From: Ginglymostoma cirratum
Taxonomy: Eukaryota
Assembly: GCA_024137785.1 (NCBI GenBank)
Contig: JAHRHZ010000267.1
Coordinates: 23,695,261 to 23,759,260, forward strand
Length of the DNA: 64,000 nucleotides
Direction: 5' to 3'
The notes beneath the pieces were generated by a model. The model saw only the letters and a program-made list of their open reading frames with translations, made no database searches and had not been told where the DNA came from. This document shows positions 38,566 to 52,200 of the stretch, piece after piece. Position numbers and translations under genes: made by a program. The first letter of the stretch is position 1. Every line of letters begins with the position of its first letter.

Positions 38566-39159
38566 TAACTACACACCACTGTCCATGTTTAAAGCAGGCG
38601 CAAGTATTTTAAGGACTCAACAATGTGTAAATGTGCATACAGCAGAATCAATGGGGACCATTTCCCTTCCCATTTTGAGGGCACCAACCTAGTACTTATT
38701 GCTGATGCCGTTGATTGGGTCTAGCTGGATAATAGTAGGAATTCCTGTAACATCGGAATTCCCAACTACATTTATACAGCAGCATTCAATTCCTTCAGTT
38801 TGATGATGGATTCTCACATCATTTTCAAAGGTGAGTGTTCAATAGAAAACTAAAGACTGGTTTACATTTTAAGCTAATACTATTTCATGTGTGACGTAAG
38901 GCTAAGTCTCAGTTTGCATAACTGATTGTAAATACCACATATTAAGTCACTTGTCCTGAATTAAATGTTGCAGACACTTGATGGCAGAGATTTCTCAATG
39001 TGAGCCTGTCCAAAATTGTTTTTTCTCCCATTTTTGGGATTCAGTTCACAAGCTCTGAGGTTGCTTTTCAGGTAGTCTCCAGTTTAGTTTTTGGATTGCT
39101 GCAGTTTGCAGCGGTATGAAATAGCACCAATCAGAGTGAATTCTGAAGTTCAACTCAAT

Positions 39160-39580
39160 TCATGAAGCTGAAACAATTTTTAGAAATTTCTAATCTTCAA
39201 CAACTCACAAAAGGCTACTTACGTATTTCTTTCCTCCATATCTCTCTAACCTCGTGCAGTGCTACAATAGCCCAAGAGCTGTGCTTTTCTAACCACATCC
39301 TCCAGAGAATCCTCCAATTAATTTCCGCTATCATTGGAGATCATACCTTTGACTACATAGGCCTTGAGTTCTGAATTTCCCTTCTGAAATTCAGTCTCCT
39401 CATTCTGTTCTCCTTTAATACACTTCTTTAAACCAATACCTCTGGCCAAGCTTTTGGTCACTTGTCCTTCCCTCCTTTTCTTTGCCTCAGTCTTAATTTT
39501 TTAACTGATTATATTTCTGTTAAGTGCAATAAGATGTTTTACTTTATAAAGGTGTTGTGTAAATACAAGTTGTTTTTGTT
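39160..39580 (+). mobile_element. L2-like LINE 3' fragment
   Basis: Tail gatgttttactttataaaggtgttgtgtaaatacaagttgtt resembles L2 3' ends. Confidence 0.5.
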
Positions 39581-39879
39581 GTATAAATTAAAGATTAACT
39601 GGGATATAACAAGTTCTGCGGAGGCTGTTGGCTGCATAGAGAGTGACGCAAGAAGTCCTTTCTTGACCTGTAATCAATGTATTTTATGAAAAGGTTGATT
39701 GTCCTTTCTGGTAAGAATGTTAATCAGTCAGTCCATTTTGTAAGTGATTGATTAACCTCAGTGTGAAAATACATATCATTGCATTTCTCTTCCACTTCTG
39801 ATTTTTACCGTGAGAAAGCTCAGTTTTCTTTTCTATATACTGAATTTTGCTCAATTATTCCAAATTCCTCCAGACACAA

Positions 39880-41065
39880 TTTGATGAAGTGACCAGGAAG
39901 GTTGATGAGGGCAGGGCGGTAGATGTAGTCTATATGGATTTCAGTAAAGCCTTTGATAAGGTTCCACATGGTAAACTGCTCTGGAAGGTTAGATTGCACG
40001 GAATCCAGGGAGAGCTGGCAAATTAGATACCCAATTGTGGAAGGATGCTTGTCAAACTGGAAGCCTGCGAATAGTGGTGTGCCTCAGGGGTCGGTGCTGC
40101 GCCCCTTACTGTTTGTCATCCAAATCATTGATATAAATAACAATGTACAAGGCATGATTAGTAAGTGTGCAGATAACACTAAAATAGACGGTACCATGGA
40201 CAATGAGGAAGATTATCAGAAATTGCGGCAGGATCTTGATCAGCTAGGGAAGTAGGCTGAGAAATGGCAAATGGAGTTTAATATAGATAAGTGTGAGGTG
40301 TTGCATTTTGGAAAGTCAAGTCAAGGTAGGAGTTTTGTGGTGAATGGTAGGGCCTTAAGGAGTGTAGTGGAACAGAGGGACCTTGGGGTTCAGGTGCATG
40401 GTTCTCTGAAAGTGGAGTCGCAGGTAGACAGGGCAGTGAAGAAAGCTTTTGGCACATGGACCTTCATCAGTCAGGGCACTGAGTACAGAAGTTGAGAAGT
40501 TATGTTGCAGTTGTACAGGATGTTGGTGAGGTTGGAGTATTGTGTTCAGTTTTGGTCACCTTGCTATAGGAAGGATGTTATTAAACTGGAAAGAGTGCAG
40601 ATGAAATTTACAAGTATGTTGCTAGGACTCAAGGGACTGAGTTCTAGGGAGAGGTTGGACAAGCTAGGACTTTTGTCTTTAGAATGTAGGAGACTGAGGG
40701 GGAATCTTATAGAAGTGTGTAAGATCATGAGAGGCATGGATAGGGTGAATCCACTCAGTCTTCCTCCCAGGGTTGGGGAATCGAGGAATGGAGGGCATCA
40801 GTTTAAAGTAAGAGGGGAAAGAATACAGGGGTACCTGAGGGTTTTTTTTACACAGAGGGTGGTATGCATATGAAATGAGCTGCCAGCGGAAGTGGTTGAG
40901 GTGGGTACATTAACAACATTTAACAGGCATTTGGATGAACACATGGTTAGGAAAGGTTTAGAAGGATATGGGCCAAGTGCAGAGAAATGGGGTTAAAGTG
41001 GATGGACATTTTGGCCGGTTTGGGCCAAAGGGCCTGACTCTGGCTGTAGGAATTTGACTCTATGA
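39880..41065 (+). mobile_element. CR1 LINE RT/3' fragment
   Basis: VYMDFSKAFDKVPH, SGVPQGSVL.PLLF, CADNTK, KCEVLHFG, LEYCVQFWSP, FFTQRVV. Confidence 0.95.
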
Positions 41066-41499
41066 CAGTTTTATGCAATACATGATTATTGATTCCATGA
41101 CATGAAAGATCTATTATCTCTTTTCTCTCATGCATGGACACAAAACAATAAAAACCTTATCACCTGTAAACAGATGCTTTCTGTTTCAAGCTTTATTCTC
41201 TGTTTAATGATATTATTTTGGTCTGTTCTGCTCTCTCCTCTCATTTCAAGCCAAAAACAATCCATCCTGTACATTTTTTGCCTTTGTTTTGAGGTTGTGA
41301 ATGTTCTTTATTGCCTGTGCTTGGTGTCATGAGTGGGTTGTCACAGTACTCAAGGGATGTTTTAAGACTTTAAAGGCAATTGCTAAATTGGCTATAAATG
41401 GCAAGCTCCCTTCACTGAAGAATAAGAATGAGTATTTTTATGATTATCTTGTGACTTCCATAGTTGTTATTTTACAGCTAACCCCAAAATTGTAAGATC

Positions 41500-42220
41500 T
41501 TTTGAAGTAAGCTTCACAACTGAACGTGGTGGGATTACCAACGTCAGCCACCAGGCAGCTGATAGCTTTGCATATCTAGTCTCCGCAATCACCAGAATTC
41601 TGGAAAGGGGAGTGTGAAATATCAACAAACTGAGAATATCATGTCCACCAAGCTTGCATTATTGGTACATTTGTCTCTACAGTGCCGAGACCTGGGCAAC
41701 ATATGCTTTGCAGGAGAAAAGGCTGAATAATTTCCACCTTTGCTGTCTCGGGCATATTCTCGCTATGTCTTGAATGGACAAGTTCACCAACTTAGAGATC
41801 GTGCTGTGTGCTAATTCCATCAGCATACATTCACCAAACTGATGATATTTGCATTGGCTCAGTCATGCTGTAGAATGGATGACAGCTGTATACCAAACAC
41901 CTTCTGTACAGTACTGGATTATAACCACCTGGGTGTCCACCCTTCGTTCAAGGACACCTGCAGGCAAAATATCTAGTTGGTGGACACGGATACAGGCACT
42001 GATAACTTAGGTTTGACTGGAAGGGCTTTGGCAATGGCTGTGAAGAGGGCCCAGAGAAAACAGAGGTTAATTAATCCTGCGTCTTCTCAGCCTACCATCT
42101 TCATCTGCGTCAATGCAGCAGGAGACTGCCATGGTACTCCTGAGCCACACAAGGAATGTTCAACATGGTTAACCACCAAGGATAATGTATCATTTTACAA
42201 GTGGAAGGCTGCTAAAGAAT
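41500..42220 (+). mobile_element. RTE-clade LINE 3' relic
   Basis: LYSAETWATYALQEKRLNNFHLCCLGHIL...DKFTNLEI matches the RTE C-terminal pattern (LYGSETW...RLNSFHLRCLRRIL). Confidence 0.75.
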
Positions 42221-42994
42221 GACTCAATTGCAAGTCCAATACTAGACTACTAAATGCTGCTGTTCCTCCTTGTGTCCCAACTGAACACTTCTTGTCCAGT
42301 TTTCTGCTGTAATGTATTTTCCCCAGTACGTCAAAACAGTAGATTTCCTCATCTCCCTGTCTTTTCCATAAACTTGCAAATCTTAAGTTTAGTGTCATTT
42401 AATCACTACATTCTGATTTATCTTTTTATTCCACCCTTGATGGTGTCATGTCTTGCATATTCCCTTTAGTCCATCAATAAGAGAAATTCTTCACCTTAAT
42501 ACATTTCTTCATTGTTACCTCAGTCAGCTAACCCATAACCCATCAGCTCATGCATTGTTCAATCTTAATCGTTAAATGATCCAGTTATTTATCAATGTGC
42601 TCTTCCACTACTTTGATGTGGCTATTGGTGAATATCTTATGATGCTTTTCAGAAAAGTTGTTTTCCAGTTAGTTATTGATGATCAAAGAAGATCGTCTCT
42701 CTAGATTAATCACACTTTACAAATAATAGATCAATAGCCTTCAAACAAGCCATATATATCTTGAAGTGCAGGTGGGGTTTTAAAATTGCTGGGGACTGTT
42801 GTATATTTCTTTGGCAATATTTTAAAATGCAATGAGCCTTGTCAGAATCGAATACCTGAGCCACACATTTACTGGGACAACTAATGTTAGAAGTTATGCA
42901 ACTCCTGCTGTGGCCTTTTGTTCGGTTGCTATGACAGAAATGCAGAGTGGAAGTTGCTGTAGTAAAGAACTTGCATTAGCAAAGAAAATGTTGG

Positions 42995-43210
42995 AAATTG
43001 TACAATGTGTGCATTTGCGGGCTGTCAAGTCTGGGTCATTAGGTATGTTCAAGGATGAGATAGACATTATTTTTAATCAGCAAGGGAATCAAGGGTTATA
43101 GGGAAAAGGCAGGAAAGTGGGGTTGATGATTATCAGATTTGTCATGGTCTCATTGAATGGCAAAGCAGATTCAATGGGTTGAATGCCTACTTCTCCTATG
43201 TATTATTGGC
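42995..43210 (+). mobile_element. CR1 3' fragment
   Basis: Same subfamily as 11165-11500. Confidence 0.7.
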
Positions 43211-43699
43211 CTGTTGTTTTATCAGTGATAGATCTTGTATCTAAGTGCTCCATGTGGCATTGGGGATAACTTGAGCAATGCTGCACCAGATAAAGCAGCG
43301 TGTTTGAAACAAAATAACATCATGGTTAAATGTGATGGCCGAGTATAAAAGATATTCCAATACTTAGTGGTAGGTGTATGGATAACTAAAAGACAACCAG
43401 ATAGTATCAAAGACAGATGTACAGATCCCTAGATAAGGCATTAACCAGCATGAAAACAGTTTGATTAGAGTAGAAATTATTACAAGATACAAGAAATTTC
43501 AAAGTGTCTTAACAAATACAAGCGAACTAAATGCTATAGACCTGTATTGAAGCAGAGTGTGTGCTATATCCCTTTCTTTCTTTAAAAGAGTACTGATCCA
43601 ATTTTTAAAAAGCAATTAACTGGTCCTGACATTACAGCACCAAAGCTCTTGTGGAATTAAATTCAGCTTTAACACACTTAACATGAGATTTTTTGCTGC

Positions 43700-45950
43700 A
43701 TTAAGAATATTTACCTGTGACTATATCTCTGCAACTCTTAAAGTGCAAGCCTACAGTTCTTAAAAGAGCAGTAATAGGGAAAAACACAGAAACAGAAACC
43801 ATAAGAATGGAGAAGCAAAGGTCATTTAAAAAAACTCTTCATGGCATTGTACTACTTTTAAAAAAGACTGGCAAAGAGAAATGGAAGACAAACACTTAAT
43901 TATGGATTGGACATTCAGTAATACCCAAATCGAATTGCAACTGTACAGACAACATATACAGCTCTATTTTACAGATCAAATGACAGATGATCCTGAGAAA
44001 AGAGCTCTGAAAGTTCTGTATGCCATTTGGTATGGAGGAGTTTCACAGAATTAAGAGATCTAACACTTCAACTTCAGAAAGATCCAGAAAAGACCTGAGA
44101 GTTCTCCAAGAACAGCTGAAGATTAGAATTCACTTCAGGATTAAATGTTGCATCTTTAAGGAATATGCTCTCCCATTTATTGAACCCTCAAAGAAATGCA
44201 CAGGACATTAATTCAGGAGAAATTTCGAGCAGAACTGAATAAAAGAGAAGTGGTGGAATTTGGAAGGTGTGCTGGTACACGTTGTAGCTCCATCATATAT
44301 GTTTTAAAGAAAGATGGCACCATAAGAGTACGCCTAGATCCAAGGGCGCCAACTTTTCACTTTTAGTATCCACATAAAGTACCAATGCTGGAAGAATTAA
44401 ATCCTAAATATTCTGAAGAAAGATACTTTTTCAAGCAAGTTGCAAAGCACAACTGATCCTGGTTTGTTCATTTAGCAGCAGAAACCCAAGAAGTCATTAT
44501 ATTATGATGCAATGAAGACCACATTCCAGCTGCACATTTATAGAATTATTGAGAATGTACGTCATTGTATTTGCATCATTGATGATATTGCAGTCATGGG
44601 TAAGAAAAAAGGTGGCACTTGACCACAGCCTTCATCTGTCCATGACAGCAGGGCAACAAAATGTACTGGACTTTAACAGTATGAAGTTCCAAATCAACAT
44701 TAACCAGATAAACCTCTTTTCATACATTTACTCCGTCCATGGAACTGATCTTAATCTAGTTAAGATAGAGATTGGTACCAATCTGGATGATTTGCGACTT
44801 TGCCTTGGATTTTTAAATTTCTTCTTGATGTGTCCCGAGCTTTGGTAGACAAAGTATCTCCACTGAGAGATTTGTTCAAGGTGGACATTCTCTTAGTATG
44901 GCAAGACACTCACCGATAGATCTTTGTTTTCCTCAAGTAGGTTCTGTCAGCAAAATATTGCATACTGCAACACCAACATCCAGGAAAATAATGATTGTCG
45001 AAGTGTATGCATCGCAAAAAAAAAAGTGTAGGTATGTCTCTTTTACAAAACAAAAGCTTACTGATTTTTGTTTGCCAACTAGTCCAATATAAAGCATGAG
45101 GCATTATTTCTTTGGCATTACGTGGTTTCACAAATGCTTATTTGGCAAGAAATTCTCTGTTGAAACAAGTTGTAAGCCACTGGAAATATATTGCTACAAA
45201 CCACACTGCCACATTTACAGCATATTCTTGTCAAGGCATGAGGGTTTGACGTTGAGGGGAGAAGTAAGCCAGTTACCAGTAAGATTTTTGTCTGAAGCTC
45301 TGAGCCACGCAATGACCAAGCCATTCCTCTGGATGTTGATGCTCTCAGCTAAGAATTGAAGATGTTCTCAAGTTCAATCTGTTACAATTTGCCCAAAACC
45401 AGTGTAAACTGTTGCAATCAGCAACTGCCAAAGATAAACCGCTATAAGAGTTGCTAAAGATCCTAATCCAGTAAAGCTGATGGTATTGAAGAAGTACCTG
45501 AGAAGATTGGTTTCTTTTCGCCATACAGAGATGAATTTAGTGTCACACGACAAATCATTTCAAAGGCAAACATGTCCAAATATCAAAAGCATTATGCCAA
45601 GATACGAAGCCCATGTTGCACAATGGACATGGATTTTAGACACTCGAAGGCTGGCGCATGAACTTGTGTACTGGCTAGGGATTAGTTGGGATATTCAGTG
45701 ATATATTCATGATTCATCCCTAACAGTGGAAGGAACCTCCACAAAATGTTCCATTCACCCCTTGGACAAAAGTGGCAACAGATCTATTCACACAGCGCAG
45801 GGAAGTTTTACATAATTGTGAAATTGTCAGATTTGCATCTCTAAATGTTCCATAATTTGATGTTGCAATACAATGGGCATGACCTGAGGGTATAAAGACC
45901 TCATGCCCCACTTAACGGAGATCACTCAAAACATGACATGCCACTTGAAG
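43700..45950 (+). mobile_element. Decayed Gypsy/Ty3 LTR retrotransposon pol (RT, RNase H, integrase N-terminus)
   Basis: SSIIYVLKKDGTIRVRLDPR, PMLEELNPK, CIIDDIAVMG (RT), FGITWFHKCLFGKKFSVETSCKPLE (RNase H), RRLAHELVYWLGISWDI and PWTKVATDLF (integrase), in Gypsy order. LTRs not identified. Confidence 0.85.
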
Positions 45951-46624
45951 CATGCTGCTTTTTAACTCTTAGCTTAATATTAGCCCAGAAACCTTTTACA
46001 GGCATATAATAACTAACTGTAATAAACATCTGTTGAATTCTTCAATACCATATTATCCACACTCGGCTTTGTAAATTATAAGGGATAACAAGCATTACTG
46101 CATCGGGTAAAACACCCTGCTGGAGGCAAAAGCTCCCCAAGGCAGGCATTTCTTTATGATATAACTTTATAATTTTGTACAATTGAGATTCACAATGACT
46201 TAGTCAATGAATGTAAAATGTGAGCCAGTATTCAAATAAGGAACAACATTAAACACTTCCAGTTCATTTAATAGCCCATATTTCAGGTTCTGTTATCGCA
46301 CTGTGATTCTTTTTTGCATGTCTAATTAAAATGTTTATTCATTGTCATTATAAACTGTGATCAATTCTGAGGTGAGCTTTGGGACACGTTCTAACTATTC
46401 TGATATCTGATGTGTGCTGTGTAAGATGAACAGGCTTGTGGGAGCTACCCTCACCAACCCTGTCTTTTAAGGGAAGAAAGCTTGGTTAGAACTCTTGTTA
46501 TTTATTGTTTCCAGTCAGTGCTCTTGCTAGAGAAGGTCATGTGTGTGGATAAAGAATGAAGAAACTGTTGGACGCGGCTGTAATGTGATTCCTCTCACAG
46601 TTAATAATTCTGTCCTTACGTAAA

Positions 46625-46910
46625 GACACACACTTAGATATTTTCTGAATCAACCTGTTTACAAACGTTATTACGCACTGGGGCAGGTGAAACTTAAACC
46701 TGGGCCTCCTGACTCAGAAGGAGAAGTACTACCACTGCGCCACAAAAACCCTCAAGTCTGACACTTAAATTTAAGAATAAATTTAAATTAACATTATTTT
46801 CCCCCTCTAATCAACCTGTTCAGAAATGTTATTAAACATCTGTGGAGCAGGTAAGAATTCAACTTGGAAGTCTCAGTCCAGGGGTAGGGACTCTACCAAA
46901 GCACCACAAA
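46625..46910 (-). mobile_element. Two neighbouring copies of the short tRNA-headed SINE
   Basis: aatcaacctgtt...accactgcgccacaaa and aatcaacctgttcag...ccaaagcaccacaaa are reverse complements of the 16162 family. Confidence 0.6.
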
Positions 46911-47751
46911 AAGGGCCAAAGATGGACACTTTTTGACAAAGTAATAGGTTGACCTACACCTGCAGACCGGTCAGTATTCGTTGTTATCTGCAGAAAACGA
47001 GACAATTATTGGAATAATGAGTAAGTTTTTTTTTTAGAAAACCAAGGACAGAGATGTCATTATGACGAAAATTGGAAATGTATTAATTCCTGTTGTGTGA
47101 GGAACTAAGGGGCGTTTATCTGGTTAATAGCATGCAATCACATCTTCTGCAGTTCTGAAGATTCTTTAGCATATCTTTTTATTATCATGTGTATTCAATA
47201 TAGAATACAGTGAAAAGCCCATACATAGGGGCCATTTATATTTAACTTTATCCCAAACCCTGCCAGTTTCCTGCACACTGGGTTGCAGTTCATTAATTGC
47301 GTAGTTCAGATAGTATATGTCCTTGCACTGTAGTTGCATCTCGCCTTTTTGCCTAATTAAAATGTTTGTTCATTTTAATCAGGTAACACAATCAAGTCTA
47401 TGGCGAACTTTGTCATTTGGAGTTAAAATGTACTGACCTTTGAAGTCTAAGAATAATTTAAATAGGCTGGGTCCTCTGAACTTTACACTGCTGTGAAGTA
47501 CCTTCCTAACTGTCTGCCAGCTTCTCCAAAGTAATCTAGTAGTCAGCAGCTACTAGGTATTTACAACAGTGAGATAAGGGCCCTAATGTGGAGTCAGCGA
47601 CTGAATGTGTACTTAACACTGTTCCAACTCAATAACACGCAATGCACAAGACTTCAGCAGGTCTGGGAAGCTTCGTATTTGAGTGTAAGCACAACTATCA
47701 ATATTGCAGAGCAGACAAAGCACTGCAGAAACCTGCTTCATATACAGGATG

Positions 47752-47846
47752 AGATAACAAGGTGTAGAGCTGGATGAACACAGCAGGCCAAGCAGCATCA
47801 GAGGAGCAGGAAAGCTGACATTTCGGGCCTAGACCCTTCCTCTCAT
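47752..47846 (-). mobile_element. Short Penelope terminal-repeat insertion
   Basis: Flanked by tacaggatg at 47743-47751 and 47847-47855. Confidence 0.8.
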
Positions 47847-48589
47847 TACAGGATGGGTTAGTTACTGTTTGGTCTATGTAATATGGCATTTGTTTCATTT
47901 AAATTGATTGATATTGTTATGGAGGGGACAGACTAAAATCAATTCAGAATAAATGCTTTAAGGCAATTGAATAAATTAAATTGTTTTTAATATTAACATT
48001 GAATTTTAACAGCTTTAGGTGTTTTGGAAATTCATTCTGCAATTCATGTATGTTTTCTGTGAAATACAGCTTTTCACTCACCTGCACAATATGACAATAT
48101 TACTTTCTATGTAAATTTGGATGGGTAACGACTTGAATTTGAATCCCAGAGGACAAGCAAGAATAACTGTTCTTAACAGTAAGGAAATATCCAGCTTATA
48201 CTGGGCCCCAGCAAAATTAGTCAGTGGGAGCAGAATACTAGTGCCACTTCTGCCAAATGGCAAGATGGCGTAAGTGGCAGAAATCCATCATGTAGTCCCA
48301 ACATTCACTGCAGGAGAGCCTAAGGGCAATGTCCATGGCTTTAACACCTTTAGTTATTTCATCTTAATGGCAGGGTTGGTCTGCTTGATGACAGTTCCAT
48401 AGTGTAATAAAGCAGCTACAAAGGCATAACGGGATCTGAGTTTTATGAAAACACTGGGTATGAAAGCTTATCCGAAGCAATTATAAAACACTGGTTTGAC
48501 CCCAGCTGGAGCATTGTCCCCAATTCTTGGCACCATGATTTAGGAAAGACCAGAAACTTGACTTATTGTTCTTGATTTTTAGATAGAGG

Positions 48590-51400
48590 GTCATAGAGTC
48601 ATACAGCACAGGAACAGATTCTTCAGCCCAATTCATTCATGTCAACCAAGTTTCCCAAACTGAACTAGTCCTATTTACTGAGATAGTAGGAACTGCTGAT
48701 GCTGGACAATCTGAGATAACACGCTGTGGAGCTGGATGAACACAGCAGGCCGAGCAGAAAAGCTGACGTTTCGGGCCAAGACCCTTCTTCAGAAATTGGG
48801 GAGGGGAAGGGGATTCTGAAATAAATTGGGAGAGAGGGGGAGGCAGATAGAAGATGGATAAAGGAGAAGATAGGGTGAGAGGAGACAGACAGGTCAAAGA
48901 GGCGGCGTTAGAGCCAGTGAGGGTGAATGTAGGTGGGGAGTTAGGAGGGGATAGTTCGGTCCAGGGAGGGTGGACAGGTCAAGGAGGCAGGATGAGGTTA
49001 GTGGGTAGGAGATGGGGGTGGGGCTTGAGGTGGGAGGAATGGTTAGGGAGGCGGGGACTAGCTGGGCTGGTTTTGGGATGCAGTCGGGGGAGGGGAGATT
49101 TTGAAGCTTGTGAAGTCCACATTGATACCCTTGGGTTGCAGGGTTCCCAAGCGAAATATGAGTTGCTGTTCCTGCAGCTTTCGGGTGGCGTCATTGTGGC
49201 AATGCAGGAGGCCCAGGATGGACATGTCGTCCGAGGATTGGGAGGGGGGGGGAAGTTGAAATGGTTCACGACTGTGAGGTGTAGTTGTTTGTTGCAAACT
49301 GAGCGTAGGTGTTCCGCAAAGCGGTCCCCAAGCCTCCGCTTGGTTTCCCCGATGTAGAGGAGGCCACAACGGGAACAGCGGATACAATATATCACATTAG
49401 CAGATGTGCAGGTGAACATCTGTTTGATGTGGAAGGTCTTCTTAGGGCCTGGGCTGGGGGTGAGGGGGGAGGTGTAGCACTTGCTTCGGTTGCAGGGAAA
49501 AGTGCCAGGTGTGGTGGGGCTGGAGGGGAGTGTGAGGCAGACAAGGGAGTCACGGAAAGAGTAGTCCCTCCAGAAAGCAGATAAGGGTGGGGAGGGGAAA
49601 ATGTCTTTGGTGGTGGGGTCGGATTGCAGATGGCGGAAGTGTCGGAGGATGATGCGTTGGATCCGGAGGTTGGTGGGGTGGTACGTGAGAATGAGGGGGA
49701 TTCTGTTTTGGTTATTATAGCAGGTAGGGGGTGTGGGGATGAGTTGCGGGAAATGCAGGAGACACGGTCTAGGGCATTTTCGGTCACTGTGGAGGGGAAG
49801 TTGCGGTCCTTGAAAAACAAGGACATCTGGGATGTTCGGGAGTGGAATGCCTCATCTCAGGAGCAGATGCAGCAGAGGCGAAGGAATTGAGAATAGGGGA
49901 TGGCCTTTTTACGGGAAGGTGGGTGAGAGGAGGAGTATTCTAGGTAGTTGTGGGAGTTGGTAGGCTTAAAATGGATATCAGTTTCCAGGTGGATGCCAGA
50001 GATGGAGACAGAGAGGTCCAGGAAGGAGAGAGAGGTATCAGAGATGGTCCAGGTGAACTTAAGGTTGGGGTGGAAGGTGTTACTGAAGTGAATGAACTGT
50101 TCGGGCTCCTCGTGGGAGCACGAGGCGGCGCCAAAACAGTCATCAACGTAACGGAGGAAGAGATGGGGGATAGGGCCAGTGTAGCTTTGGAAGAGGGATT
50201 GTTCCACGTATCCTATAAAGAGGCAGGCATAGCTTGGGCCCATGCGGGTACCCATGGCCTCCCCCTTTGTCTGTAGGAAGTGGGAGGAATTGAAAGAGAA
50301 GTTGTTGAGGGTGAGGACGAGTCCTATTTACTTCTGTTTGGCCCACATCTCTCAAAACCTTTCCTATTCATTGACCTTCCGAATGTCTTTTAGATGTTGT
50401 AACTGTGCACCTGCATCTACCACTTCGTCTAGCAGTTTATTACACATACAAAACTCCCTCTGTGTAAAAATGTTGCCCTTGGGTCCCTTCTAAATCTTTC
50501 TCCTCTCACCTTAAAATTATGTTCTCTAGCTTTGAACCCCCAAACCCTAGGGAAAATAACTTTACTTCACCTTATCTTTGTCCCCCATGATTTTATAAAC
50601 CTCTATAAGGTCATCAATCAATCTCCTATGTTTCAGTGAAAGAAGTCCCAACGTATCCAGGCTCCTCTTATACCTCAAAATCTCCAATCCCAGTAGCATC
50701 CTGGTGAATCTTTTCTGCACCATCTCTGAAATAACTCCACAGAGGCTGATATCCCATCACCAAGTTGCCCTTTATTTCTACATGGAGAGTCCTTGGCACT
50801 GATCCAGCTCCCTCAGAGTGAACAGGATGTCTGACACATCTGTTTCTATCTATCATCTAGAGCTCCTTGACTGGGGCTGTTAATCTGGTCCAATCACAGA
50901 AGTTGTATTCTATGAGGTTCACCTGACTGACCTCATTACAATCACTACATCTCTCCTCCTCTGAATCTGAGGACATAGGCCAGTTCTTGTAGCTCCTCCT
51001 GGGGTGTTTTAGCACTGGGTCACGATCTTGCAACTCTGCCTCTGATGCAGGTGGTGTATAATGCACATTTTTAAAGTTCCTATCTAATGCCATCAAAATT
51101 GGCCCTACCCCAGTGTAGAACTTTAACTTTTATACAAGGCCTATCCTTTCGATAACTATTTTAAAACTAATAAAATTATGATCACTGGTCCCAAAGTGTT
51201 AGTGGGGGAGCACTTCATTCACTTGCCCTGCCTTATTTCCCAAGAAGGTCTAGTTTTGCTCCTTCTCTAGTAGGTACATCTACATATTGAAGAAAATTTT
51301 CTTGAGCACATTTAACAAATTTCCTCCCCACCTAAGCCTTGAACATTACGGCAGTCTCAGTCTATGTTTGGAATGTTAAAACCCCTGACTGTTACAACCT
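48590..51400 (-). mobile_element. CR1 LINE remnants interrupted by the Penelope element
   Basis: Tail tcatagagtcata at 48591. The 3'UTR continues after 50320, followed by RT and more 5' CR1 pieces to about 51400. Confidence 0.75.
48680..50319 (-). mobile_element. 5'-truncated Penelope-like retroelement (RT + GIY-YIG endonuclease + terminal repeat), frameshifted
   Basis: MGTRMGPSYACLF...RYVDDCFG (RT), FTCTSANVIYCIRCSRCGLLYIGETKRRLGDRFAEH (GIY-YIG), EQQLIFRLGTLQPKGIN. 13-bp TSD agtcctatttact. Confidence 0.95.
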
Positions 51401-51699
51401 TATTATTCTTACTCTTAATATATTGCAGATGTTTTCTTTTCCTCATTTTGTTGTAAATTGACTTTTTGTTTAAAACTTGGACTTCCACTTTCAACTTTGG
51501 CACTCATTTCCTCATGTTTTCATATGACAAATCCATCTTCAGTTGTATGAAATAACCCATGTAACTACAGCTAACTGCAGAAATGCGGTGGAGTAAGGCA
51601 AGGAGAGTATTTCATTTCATTTCAGAATAATGTGTTCCAAAAGCATCAACCTATAATGTTACTAATGCCAAAATGCAGTTATACTGAATTCTGTAAATT

Positions 51700-52200
51700 G
51701 GACGTACTGCGACTAGAGAGATTGGGCAATTTAGGAACAACTATAGAACAGATATACAAAAATTCATAGAGAGATTACTGATTACAGTAATGTGGATAGA
51801 CTGGAGAAGCTGGCATTGTTCCCAGCAGTGAAAGTAAAAGGTCGTTTTATAGAAGTGTTTAAACAGTGAAGAATTTAGAGAGAACAAATAGAGAGAACCT
51901 TTTTACCGATGGTTGCATACCATGGAACACATTTGAAATGATTAGCAAAAGAACAAAAGGGATTGTGACAGAAAAAGCTACCTTTCTACAATCATTGATA
52001 ATATTAGGAACATTTTGCCTGATAAAGTGTTGAATACAAATTCAGCAGAAATCCTCAAAATAGTGTTGGATAAATATTTAAATTAAACAAATACAGGGCT
52101 GTGGAATCAGAGTCAGTGAGTGAGAAAAATTGGATTGCTCTTCAAAAGAGCCAGCACAGATTCCGTGGGTTGAGTGGCCTCCTTCTGAGTGCTACTTTTT
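51700..52200 (+). mobile_element. Very old CR1 3' fragment
   Basis: gatagactggagaagctgg, atagaagtgtttaaa and gggttgagtggcctccttctg. Confidence 0.6.

Noticed and set aside
48854-50493. Long + strand ORFs (167, 108, 91, 88 aa)
   Set aside because: Antisense shadows of the Penelope coding region.
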